Assembly: GCA_000002445.1 (NCBI GenBank)
Contig: CH464491.1
Location: forward strand, 3,744,001 to 3,808,000
DNA length: 64,000 nucleotides
Direction of reading: 5' to 3'
DNA from: Trypanosoma brucei
Lineage: Eukaryota
Position 1 is the first letter of the stretch; the number at the start of each line of letters is the position of its first letter. This document shows, piece after piece, positions 10,521 to 18,770 of the stretch. The notes beneath the pieces were generated by a model. That model searched no databases. It was not told the DNA's origin and saw only the letters and a program-made list of their open reading frames with translations. Position numbers and translations under genes: made by a program.

Positions 10521-10536
10521 ATATATATATATATAT
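10521..10536. repeat. (TA)n microsatellite
   Basis: The sequence tatatatatatatata is seen directly. Confidence 0.9.
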
Positions 10537-10685
10537 ATTTGTATATTGACAGTGTTGGTGCTCAAAATAATGTAGGTATTCGCATTGCCACTGAATAATG
10601 CAATAGTGGCGTTTTCTTTTTTGGTGTAGGGAGGAAGAAAGTCAAATAAGGAGAGAGTTGAATGTGCGCTATTGGAGGTGAGGAA

Positions 10686-10718
10686 GAAGTTGAAGTGAAG
10701 TGAAGTGAAATGAAGCGA
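10686..10718. repeat. (GAAGT)n pentanucleotide repeat, ~6 imperfect units
   Basis: The sequence gaagttgaagtgaagtgaagtgaaatgaagcgaa is seen directly. Confidence 0.85.
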
Positions 10719-11511
10719 ACGGAGGAACGACGATATCATCTGTTGGTTGTGAGTTTCCTCACACAGAAAAAATATGTCCATTTATGTCTTTGCATATGCA
10801 TTTGTGGCTCTGTTATTAATATTATTATTACTGGTAGTTCTTTTTTGCGGCGCGAGATGTGATGTCCTTCATTTTTATCATTTTCAATGATCATTTGGAA
10901 GACTAGTGGCATCTGGCGGCGAGCCGACACCGCAGTGTTTTTTTTTTACCTTCGCCATCAGCATGCCGTAATGTTTGGGCGTAAAGAAGTGATGGTTGAA
11001 GCAGCTGGGGCATTAGCTAAAAATAACAGTTGTATAACTGATGAGAACGACAAACGAAGCAGCAACCACGTTTTCATGGTAGGAAAACGACGTCGCTCCG
11101 CAGTTTTTATTTCTCTCCTACTCATCGATTTGCTACTAAGTACACGTATTTCCTGTGCCTCTCCGCCACTCCACATTCAAACCTACGGAGGGGTCGTACA
11201 CACAGCAACAATAAAAAAAAAAGAAAAATATTCTTTTCTCATCTAATCCTTTCCTCTGCGCATAATCTTTATCATTGCGCTGATTCTGCACCCCTCACAA
11301 TTTTGTTGATATCCTACGTCCCAACGATTTCCCCCCCTTGGTTTTGTTCTTAATTATATGTATATGCTTATTTATATGACGGTAGGGAAGGTGACTGAAG
11401 ATACACGGGCACGGGAGTGCACTTCTTGTTCTTTACCTGTGTCGTCACGCGAGCGTACCATACGGGACCTTGTGTGTACACGATATTTTTTTTTAAAAAA
11501 ATAAAGACAAG

Positions 11512-11526
11512 TATATATATATATAT
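11512..11526. repeat. (TA)n microsatellite upstream of CRM1
   Basis: The sequence gtatatatatatatata is seen directly. Confidence 0.85.
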
Positions 11527-11564
11527 TGTATCTAATAACTATTTAGAACTGTAAGAGAGAGCGG

Positions 11565-14500
11565 ATGGAAGATATTCTCGACTTCAGCAAGCCCGTCGAT
11601 GTGCAGCGTTTCGACCAGGTAGTGCAATACCTCTCAACAGGCTCACCACAAGAGATCGTGAGGGCGCAGGAGGTTCTTACCGCATTCAAGGAGAGACCCG
11701 ACTCCTTTTTACGCGTAGGAGACCTTCTCACCAAATCGGTGAACCTCACGACACGTTTTTTTGCACTTCAGGTTCTGGAGGACGCGATTCTACACCGATG
11801 GAACACATTCACTGCGGAACAGTGTCAGGAAATTCGTAACTTTGTTGTTAACATGATTGTAGGTGAATGCGTGAGCTTCAATCAAATTCGTAGTAGGAGG
11901 GCTCTTCTTATGAAGATGAATAGTGCGCTTGTGTCAATAGCGAAGCGTGAGTGGCCCGTTCGTTGGCCGACCTTCATAAAGGACGTGTGCAGTAGTGCTG
12001 GGCCAGATGAACCTCTTGTAGAAAACAACCTGAACATTCTCCGCATGGTGGGCGAGGAGATATTTGAATTTAGCGAGAAAACTTTAACGACTCGATGGTT
12101 GAAACGAAAGAAGGAGGCACTGCAAAGCGACTTTCAGGCAATTCTTCAATTGTGTCTTTCGATTCTATCCACTAGTGACGAGGCGCTTCTCAAAACCAAT
12201 CTGGAGTGCCTGGAGAAATATCTTTCCTGGGTAGAACCGGCGTCCGTGTTTAACGAGGAATTACTGAAGTATCTTGCGGGACTAATCGCACGGAAGTCTG
12301 CCGTATCGCGCTGCGCGGTGCGTTGTCTTACAGTTGCGTGCTCCGTGGAGACAGATCACGGCTCAGTTGGGGACGCGCAAGCGCAGGTGATGGTTCGTGT
12401 GTTTCGCACAATCCTCGATAATATTATGAACTTACTTCCCACGAATCACTCTTCTGTTGAAGCGCGTATCGTCCAGTTTTCCAACATGGAAGGGAGTGTG
12501 GATGCAGGCTTTGTTGGCGATCTCAATCTTTTGTTGGTTGCGTTTTTGAAGCACTATACGAGAAATATTATGTACGACGATCTCTTGTTGATATCTGCCA
12601 ACCAATTGATCGTGGGAATGAGTCATATTAACGACAAGGAGCTATTCAAATCCTGTGTTGACTACTGGTGGTGGCTTGGTGAAAAGATGGTGCGGTCCGC
12701 ATCACCTACACCGCTACACCGGAAGCTGGCACTTGTACTCAGCAATGTTCGCTTTACTCTCATCAAGAAAATGGCAAGACCGGAGGAAGTCATTATTGTA
12801 GTCGAAGACGGTGAGGTGCGCAGGGTGCACATGAAGGATGTGGAGGAACTACAACTCTACAAATTAATGCGGGAGACGCTTGTTTTTTTAACATACCTCG
12901 ATCCTCAAGATATGCAGGCGATTATGACTAAAATCGTTATGAAGCTTGAAGACCTTAGCGAATGGAGTTGGCACAACTGCAACACATTATCATGGGCAGT
13001 CGGGGCGATATCTGTGGCCCTGACTGAGGAACAAGAATCTTCACTATTTGTAGTTATTGTACGTGGCCTGCTAGATCTTTGTAGCAAGCTACAAGGAAAG
13101 GAAAACCGTGCCGTTGTTGCGAGTGGTATCATGTTTGTTGTTGGGCAGTACCCCCGTTTCCTGCGTGCTCATCAGCCCTTTTTCCGCGCAGTGGTGAAGA
13201 AGGTAATTGAATTCATGTGCGACTTATTCCCTGGTGTGCAGGAAATGGCTGTGGATACTCTTTTGAAGGTGGCCTCGCAGGTACCAGATCAGTTTGTTTG
13301 TGTCAAGAACAATGGGATTTCCCTCGCTGAGGAAACGGCGAAGCGGTGGACTGAAATAACGTCTTTGTTAAAACCCCAACATATGCACACATGTTTTGTT
13401 GCAGCTGGTTGGATGGTGAAGGGAGAGAAGCCAGAGCGGCAGCCGAGTCTGTTAGGCATGTTTCTCCAAGATGCGAACGACAGTTTTAGGATTATTGTGG
13501 AGCGAGCAGCCTCTAAAGGTCCGGCCTTTGGGGAAGACTTTTCTGGTATGGGGGAGTTAATACACATTTTACGTGTCTTTAGCAGCATTGCGTCATCTTG
13601 TGGAACATCGTTTGTGAATGAGATGGGGATTATAATTTACGACCTTCAAGGACTCTATCGTACATTCTTCTCCGCCCAAACTGCCCTAGTTGCGGACCAT
13701 GGAACAGATGCCATGGAGAGGCAGGAGGCACGGTATTTAAGGCTAGCGAAGCGGGAGATCTTGCGAATTTTCGAGTGCTTTGTTGACAATACGGAAGAAT
13801 GTGACTTTGTGGCAACAAATTGCATGCCGAGTATTCTGACAACTGTTCTTGAGGACTACCGTGACTCGCTTCCCATAGTGAAGGAGGCAGGAGCCCTAGC
13901 TCTTGTGACGGCGTGTGTCAACAAGTTGGGCACGCGGTTGGCCGGGGATTGTGCTGCCATTTTGGACCACACGTTTGATACAACCATATCGATGATCTGC
14001 GCAAACGCTGAGGATTTTCCCGAGTTTCGCGTGAATCTTTTCAAACTGCTACACGCACTGAATACTCGCTGTTTTTCCAATTTCTTGAGCTACGCCTCCA
14101 CTAAGGGGGACGTTATAAACGGTATGCTGTGGGTAATCAAACATACAGATTTTGCTATAATGGAGACGGGGTTGAAGACTTTAGATGCTTTCCTTGAGAA
14201 TGTCTCCCGGTCAGAGTTACTTCAACCCTTCTACGATGCCTTTATGCAGCAAATATTTGTCGAGGTTTTGGTGTCCGCTATGGATTCGCTTCATGCCGCA
14301 GGATTCGAACTGCATTGTAGCATCCTCATCAAACTCTTCACTGTGTCTAGCATGTTTCCCGTAGATTTGCCAAAGCTCGGCCGAAACGATATTGAGAGCT
14401 TTCTTTGTGAGAACCTTTCAACCATTGCCACACTCACACCTGTCCTTATTAAGCAGTTTATTGCTGGAGCGTATGAAAAGTATGGAGACCCTGTCGAATT

Positions 14501-14666
14501 CAGGCGGAGCTTTGCAGATTTCCTCATAGAAATGCAGGTTTGGGGTGCTGAGGAGGAAAACAGACTGCAACAAGAGGAAGAACAACGCAGACGGGAGGAA
14601 GATATTCCGGGATTTGCTGCCCTTTCCGTGAAGGGGCCGCCACCAACACCTTCTTTTTATCCCTGA
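11565..14666 (+). CDS. XPO1: Exportin-1 (CRM1) nuclear export receptor
   Basis: 1033 aa. The N-terminus matches the CRM1 importin-beta N-terminal and CRM1 motifs (LDFSKPVDVQRFDQVVQYL..., ILRMVGEEIFEFSEKTLTTRWLKRKKEALQSDFQAI, WPTFIKDVCSSAG). The NES-cleft cysteine that reacts with leptomycin B is conserved in GLLDLCSKLQGKENRA (Cys codon 13081-13083). Confidence 0.95.
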   Translation: MEDILDFSKPVDVQRFDQVVQYLSTGSPQEIVRAQEVLTAFKERPDSFLRVGDLLTKSVNLTTRFFALQVLEDAILHRWNTFTAEQCQEIRNFVVNMIVGECVSFNQIRSRRALLMKMNSALVSIAKREWPVRWPTFIKDVCSSAGPDEPLVENNLNILRMVGEEIFEFSEKTLTTRWLKRKKEALQSDFQAILQLCLSILSTSDEALLKTNLECLEKYLSWVEPASVFNEELLKYLAGLIARKSAVSRCAVRCLTVACSVETDHGSVGDAQAQVMVRVFRTILDNIMNLLPTNHSSVEARIVQFSNMEGSVDAGFVGDLNLLLVAFLKHYTRNIMYDDLLLISANQLIVGMSHINDKELFKSCVDYWWWLGEKMVRSASPTPLHRKLALVLSNVRFTLIKKMARPEEVIIVVEDGEVRRVHMKDVEELQLYKLMRETLVFLTYLDPQDMQAIMTKIVMKLEDLSEWSWHNCNTLSWAVGAISVALTEEQESSLFVVIVRGLLDLCSKLQGKENRAVVASGIMFVVGQYPRFLRAHQPFFRAVVKKVIEFMCDLFPGVQEMAVDTLLKVASQVPDQFVCVKNNGISLAEETAKRWTEITSLLKPQHMHTCFVAAGWMVKGEKPERQPSLLGMFLQDANDSFRIIVERAASKGPAFGEDFSGMGELIHILRVFSSIASSCGTSFVNEMGIIIYDLQGLYRTFFSAQTALVADHGTDAMERQEARYLRLAKREILRIFECFVDNTEECDFVATNCMPSILTTVLEDYRDSLPIVKEAGALALVTACVNKLGTRLAGDCAAILDHTFDTTISMICANAEDFPEFRVNLFKLLHALNTRCFSNFLSYASTKGDVINGMLWVIKHTDFAIMETGLKTLDAFLENVSRSELLQPFYDAFMQQIFVEVLVSAMDSLHAAGFELHCSILIKLFTVSSMFPVDLPKLGRNDIESFLCENLSTIATLTPVLIKQFIAGAYEKYGDPVEFRRSFADFLIEMQVWGAEEENRLQQEEEQRRREEDIPGFAALSVKGPPPTPSFYP

Positions 14667-15076
14667 GGCACAAGGGGTAGGTAGGTGGAGTGTGTTATAA
14701 TTCTAAGGGACTGGGTTTATGTGGTGAAGAGGTCCACATAAAATGGTTAGGGTTCGCGATCTTTCCGCCGTTTGGTTGAACAGAGTGGGGTGGTAAAGTT
14801 TTTTAAAAAAGGAAGAGATGGAAATAAATCCCCACAGCCCAGTTTCCGATCCTTGTTAGGGGAGACAAGACATTGTTTGGATAACTAAACGCCTACCCGC
14901 GAGGCGAGGGTGCTTAAGTCTTATAAGTGTAGCGCCTACTTAAGAAGGTGCATATATGTGCGGGCCCGAACGCGTGAAACGGGAAGAGGAAACATTGTTT
15001 CGTGGAAAAAAGGGGAGGGAGGACATTGGTGTGCCGTTCCCTCGTTGTGAGTGGGCGATACTTGTCTGTCTCTGTA

Positions 15077-15096
15077 TCTGTGTGTGTGTGTGTGTT
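15077..15096. repeat. (TG)n microsatellite
   Basis: The sequence ctgtgtgtgtgtgtgtgtgt is seen directly. Confidence 0.9.
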
Positions 15097-15442
15097 TAAC
15101 TCACTGATGTGTATGCCGTGCAGCAGAAGCGGCTTCCGTCGTTTCTCCCTTTGGCACTGTCTTGTCGTCCAAATGTGTATGGTGCTCTTCTTGTTCGTTG
15201 TCGGCATCACTTGGTACCTTCCACGGGGAAGCTCTGAAATACACTCGTGTTGATGAACATGCAGCTCATGCCTTGGTGATATTTCGTTCCAATTCTTAAA
15301 CAAGTCAGTTTCGTTCCAACTTGGTGTATGACGATGTAACTTGGTTAATACGCAGAGTTACTGGGGTTTATATAAGCGCGTTTCGGCGACCGTCGCTAAT
15401 CTTCACGCACCTTTCCCCCGTTTTGCTCCACACTTCACAGCA

Positions 15443-15498
15443 CTTACCCTTATGTTTCTTTTCACATCTACGTCATTCAGTATAGTTTTTTTGTGCAG
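15443..15498 (+). promoter_or_regulatory. Polypyrimidine tract with two AG acceptors (15479-80, 15497-98) upstream of carrier gene A
   Basis: acttacccttatgtttcttttcacatctacgtcattcag...tttttttgtgcag. The first ATG downstream is 15511. Confidence 0.45.
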
Positions 15499-15510
15499 TT
15501 GTGCGGCTGC

Positions 15511-16551
15511 ATGACAACCGCCCTACGAGATGAGTGTTCCCCCTTACAAATGTATTCCGAACTTAACCCTCCAGTGGCAATTATGGCGGCTGTACCAGCA
15601 GCGGATATGCAACCTGCGGAAACTGATAACAAACCACGGCAGAAGTCACCGTCATCACACATTCTCGCTTCACAACTAGCATCTGCCGTCAGCACTACTA
15701 TGTTTTACCCAATGGATACGCTGCGCATTCGGTACATGTCACAAGACGGCACCATTCAGCGACAGCACAATGGACAGACGTACCGGTCTATTTACAGAGC
15801 TGTGGGTGTGATATGGAAGGAGGAGGGATTGCGTGCTCTCTTTCGTGGATGTCACGTTGCGGTATTGGGGGCTGTTGTAGCGTGGGGCGTGTACATGTTC
15901 GTATACCGCAAATTATGCGAGGTTTATAACGTTTCGTCTTTTGCAAGTAGAACTGGGATGTCTGTTGTGGCCAGCGTTACGTCGGCGCTGTTGACGACGC
16001 CTATTTGGCTCCTAAAAACTCGGATGCAGATTGAGTGTAGGGCTATGGGTACCTGTGGGAGCTACAGCGGCTTCTTCAAGGGTTTCCACCACATGCTCGT
16101 AACAACAGGCGTTCGTTCGCTTTGGCGTGGAGCGTCTGCGCAGCTCCTACTCGTTTTGCCCAATTCGCTCGGCTTTCCTATTTACGACTCGCTAAAGGAC
16201 TGCATAAACCAAAACATAATAGGGATTTCCGCAGAATCCTGTAGTTGGGTGCATGGACGCGACCTAACCGTAATAGAGGCGTGCCTTTGCTCAGTCGTCG
16301 CGAAAGTTTTTGTGGTGACCCTCTCTCAGCCATTCACGATGCTGAAGGTCCGACTGCAGGATCAACGCTGGAATCAAGGGGAGGTAAGATACATGACGAT
16401 TAAACAGTCGATTCCGCTCATCATAAGACGAGAGGGTGTGTACGGCTTCACACGAGGGTTAGCTTCATCACTGTTATACTCGGTTCCGCGTGGTGTTGCA
16501 TATTACGTTCTCTACGAGAAGTCTCTGCAGTTCTTCTCCCGCCGCGTCTGA
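15511..16551 (+). CDS. Mitochondrial carrier family (SLC25) protein, tandem paralogue A; Rim2/pyrimidine-nucleotide or folate/FAD carrier-like
   Basis: The track ORF begins at GTG 15493; the first ATG is 15511, but ATGs at 15583 and 15607 are also possible. Three carrier repeats carry Px[DE]xx[KR] signatures (PMDTLRIRY, PIWLLKTRMQIE, PFTMLKVRLQDQ). Nt 15612-15905 are near-identical to paralogue B. Confidence 0.85.
   Translation: MTTALRDECSPLQMYSELNPPVAIMAAVPAADMQPAETDNKPRQKSPSSHILASQLASAVSTTMFYPMDTLRIRYMSQDGTIQRQHNGQTYRSIYRAVGVIWKEEGLRALFRGCHVAVLGAVVAWGVYMFVYRKLCEVYNVSSFASRTGMSVVASVTSALLTTPIWLLKTRMQIECRAMGTCGSYSGFFKGFHHMLVTTGVRSLWRGASAQLLLVLPNSLGFPIYDSLKDCINQNIIGISAESCSWVHGRDLTVIEACLCSVVAKVFVVTLSQPFTMLKVRLQDQRWNQGEVRYMTIKQSIPLIIRREGVYGFTRGLASSLLYSVPRGVAYYVLYEKSLQFFSRRV
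15612..15905 (+). repeat. 294-bp segment duplicated at 293/294 identity in the downstream paralogue (17333-17626); gene-conversion tract inside carrier gene A
   Basis: Direct comparison of the two stretches shows a single synonymous mismatch (15774 a versus 17495 g). The flanking coding and intergenic sequence is divergent. Confidence 0.9.
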
Positions 16552-17267
16552 TTGGCATCCCCTTACATCATTGCCACTGGCTAATGGTCACTCCCTTAGG
16601 TATGTGCCGCTACATCGTCAAGACGCTTTGGTGCTTGTGTAGAAATTGTTACTCCCTACACAGCAACTTCATTAAACTAAGAGAGGCATTAATATTGCTC
16701 ACTTTCGCCTGAGAAGTTGTTTATCATTATTAACTTACTTGTCACTTTTTTCAGTTATCGTGCCCTCTGTTTTCATCTGTACAGTTTTATCAGTGCAGAA
16801 TTCGTTGCATATTTTTCTGTATTTTCCTGTTATCTGAAGTTACTCCCAAGTTGAAGGGAAATGACTTGTGTACTTCCCCTTCCAGCAGAGGAGGATTGCA
16901 TTGGATTGATGGGGGGGAAGGAAGGAATTAAGAGGGCATGTTTGAAGGGGGGAAATTAAAACGTTAAACATGCCATGAGTTGAGTTTGTAGTAGTCCTGC
17001 TGTACGGTACGGAGAGGTGGGGGTGAGGGGATGTGCTACGGTGAACCGCAAGGCAAAAACTAGGTGAGGGAAGGGACCCCTACACTTGATCTTCAGCATC
17101 TTTCCTCTTGCTTTGAAATACGTTGTTTCTGTCGGAAGTTCTGCGGTCTTCACCTCTCTCATCAATGTTCACTTCTATATGCGCTTTTCACTAAGTGTAG
17201 GTGAAAGCCCGGAGGTTAATTTTTTTCCCCGCGGATATTACCCTGCTTGTATAGTTAATCACTTCAG

Positions 17268-18287
17268 ATGGCACAAAGTACTGCTCGTCACGTAATGAAC
17301 ACGCCGCAGTCCCAACAGGGTCAGAACTTAACACCTGCGGAAACTGATAACAAACCACGGCAGAAGTCACCGTCATCACACATTCTCGCTTCACAACTAG
17401 CATCTGCCGTCAGCACTACTATGTTTTACCCAATGGATACGCTGCGCATTCGGTACATGTCACAAGACGGCACCATTCAGCGACAGCACAATGGGCAGAC
17501 GTACCGGTCTATTTACAGAGCTGTGGGTGTGATATGGAAGGAGGAGGGATTGCGTGCTCTCTTTCGTGGATGTCACGTTGCGGTATTGGGGGCTGTTGTA
17601 GCGTGGGGCGTGTACATGTTCGTATATCACGCGCTGTGCGACCTGTACATCCCAACAAGTAACAAAAGAGCGGGGGACGATTTCTTGTTTCGCACTGTTC
17701 TTTCCAGTATTGCCAGTTGCAGTTGCGCAGTCGTGGGAAACCCTATTTGGCTCCTAAAAACTCGGATGCAGATCGAGGAAATCGCCTCACGTGAGGCGGC
17801 AGTGGCTGGAGCTTCTATCTTTCGAAACAGCAAAAATTACACGTCATTCTTTGGTGGGTTAAGATACGCTATTCAAACTGACGGTGTTTTGTCGCTGTGG
17901 CGTGGTGTCTCCGCACAGGTCCTGCTAGGTTTACCGAACGCACTTAACTTTCCCGCTTATGAGGCACTGAAGTCGTTCTGGTTGCAGCGCACTGACCGAG
18001 AAACCCTTTACAGTTATGAGGCGTGCATTTGTTCAACAGCCAGCAAAACTGCGGTTTCGATCATCGGGTATCCCCTACACGTTGTTAAGACAAGAATGCA
18101 AGATCAGAGAAGTCGCCGAGGTGATTTACAATATGTTTCGTTTCTGCAGTCAGCCTGGCTCGTGCTGCAGACCCATGGATTTGCTGGTTTGTACCGTGGC
18201 ATGGTGCCGTCCTTGCTGCACTCAGTCCCACGTCTCGCGCTCACATTCGTTCTGTACGAGAAGTTAATGCAGCAGAATTTTTTTTAG
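17268..18287 (+). CDS. Mitochondrial carrier family (SLC25) protein, tandem paralogue B; Rim2/PNC-like (NPIWLLKTRMQIEE)
   Basis: ATG at 17268 directly after AG; 339 aa. Carrier signatures are PMDTLRIRY, NPIWLLKTRMQ and PLHVVKTRMQDQ. The segment NPIWLLKTRMQIEEIASRE...FFGGLRYAIQTDGVLSLWRG resembles SLC25A33/36 and yeast Rim2. Nt 17333-17626 are 293/294 identical to paralogue A. Confidence 0.85.
   Translation: MAQSTARHVMNTPQSQQGQNLTPAETDNKPRQKSPSSHILASQLASAVSTTMFYPMDTLRIRYMSQDGTIQRQHNGQTYRSIYRAVGVIWKEEGLRALFRGCHVAVLGAVVAWGVYMFVYHALCDLYIPTSNKRAGDDFLFRTVLSSIASCSCAVVGNPIWLLKTRMQIEEIASREAAVAGASIFRNSKNYTSFFGGLRYAIQTDGVLSLWRGVSAQVLLGLPNALNFPAYEALKSFWLQRTDRETLYSYEACICSTASKTAVSIIGYPLHVVKTRMQDQRSRRGDLQYVSFLQSAWLVLQTHGFAGLYRGMVPSLLHSVPRLALTFVLYEKLMQQNFF
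17333..17626 (+). repeat. Copy 2 of the 294-bp near-identical block (partner 15612-15905)
   Basis: See the partner block. A second 32-bp identical patch lies at 16000-16031 and 17742-17773 (cctatttggctcctaaaaactcggatgcagat). Confidence 0.9.
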
Positions 18288-18770
18288 ATTGGGGCATATT
18301 ATTTAATGCATACGAGGTTAAAATGTTTTGATCCTTTTCTTTTTGCACATTCGTGAACATTCATTTCACTTGTCGGAGGGTATTTTGAGCGCGCTGAAGG
18401 TGCATCGTGTGCTAACATGTAGGGGCATGTAAGCGCGGGCGTGTGCCTGCGTTGTAATGCAATGGTGACTTACCATTTGTGGTGTTGCATGTGTTTTTAT
18501 TGTAAGGTTCTGTCTAATTTGTGAAGGAAATATTGGTCTTTAAGTCAGAGATTTTCATTCGTTGGTTTGTCACACCAATTTGGTGATACCTCATCCAGGC
18601 ACAAGTTTCAGTGCCCTCATTCGATTTTTTTTTTTAACACTTATTCAGCCTTGGTGAATAGCAACTTGTAAGTAGCAGTGACGGGGGGAAGACAACGAAA
18701 ATCAGAAAAGAAAAAAAAACACAGTAAAGAAGCGAACGACGTCTTTAACTTTACTATAGCTGTAGCGGTT

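Noticed and set aside
10887-11246. 119-aa ATG ORF in the 1.6-kb HECT-CRM1 spacer
   Set aside because: Its translation runs through poly-T and poly-A tracts, giving FFFY and IKKKEK runs, and has no protein-like composition. It sits amid microsatellites and is most likely UTR.
16552-17267. Small ORFs (16956-17165 -, 17086-17295 +, 17191-17403 -) between the two carrier paralogues
   Set aside because: They are short, overlap one another on both strands, lie in G-run and T-rich spacer sequence, and have no homology signal. I treat them as UTR.
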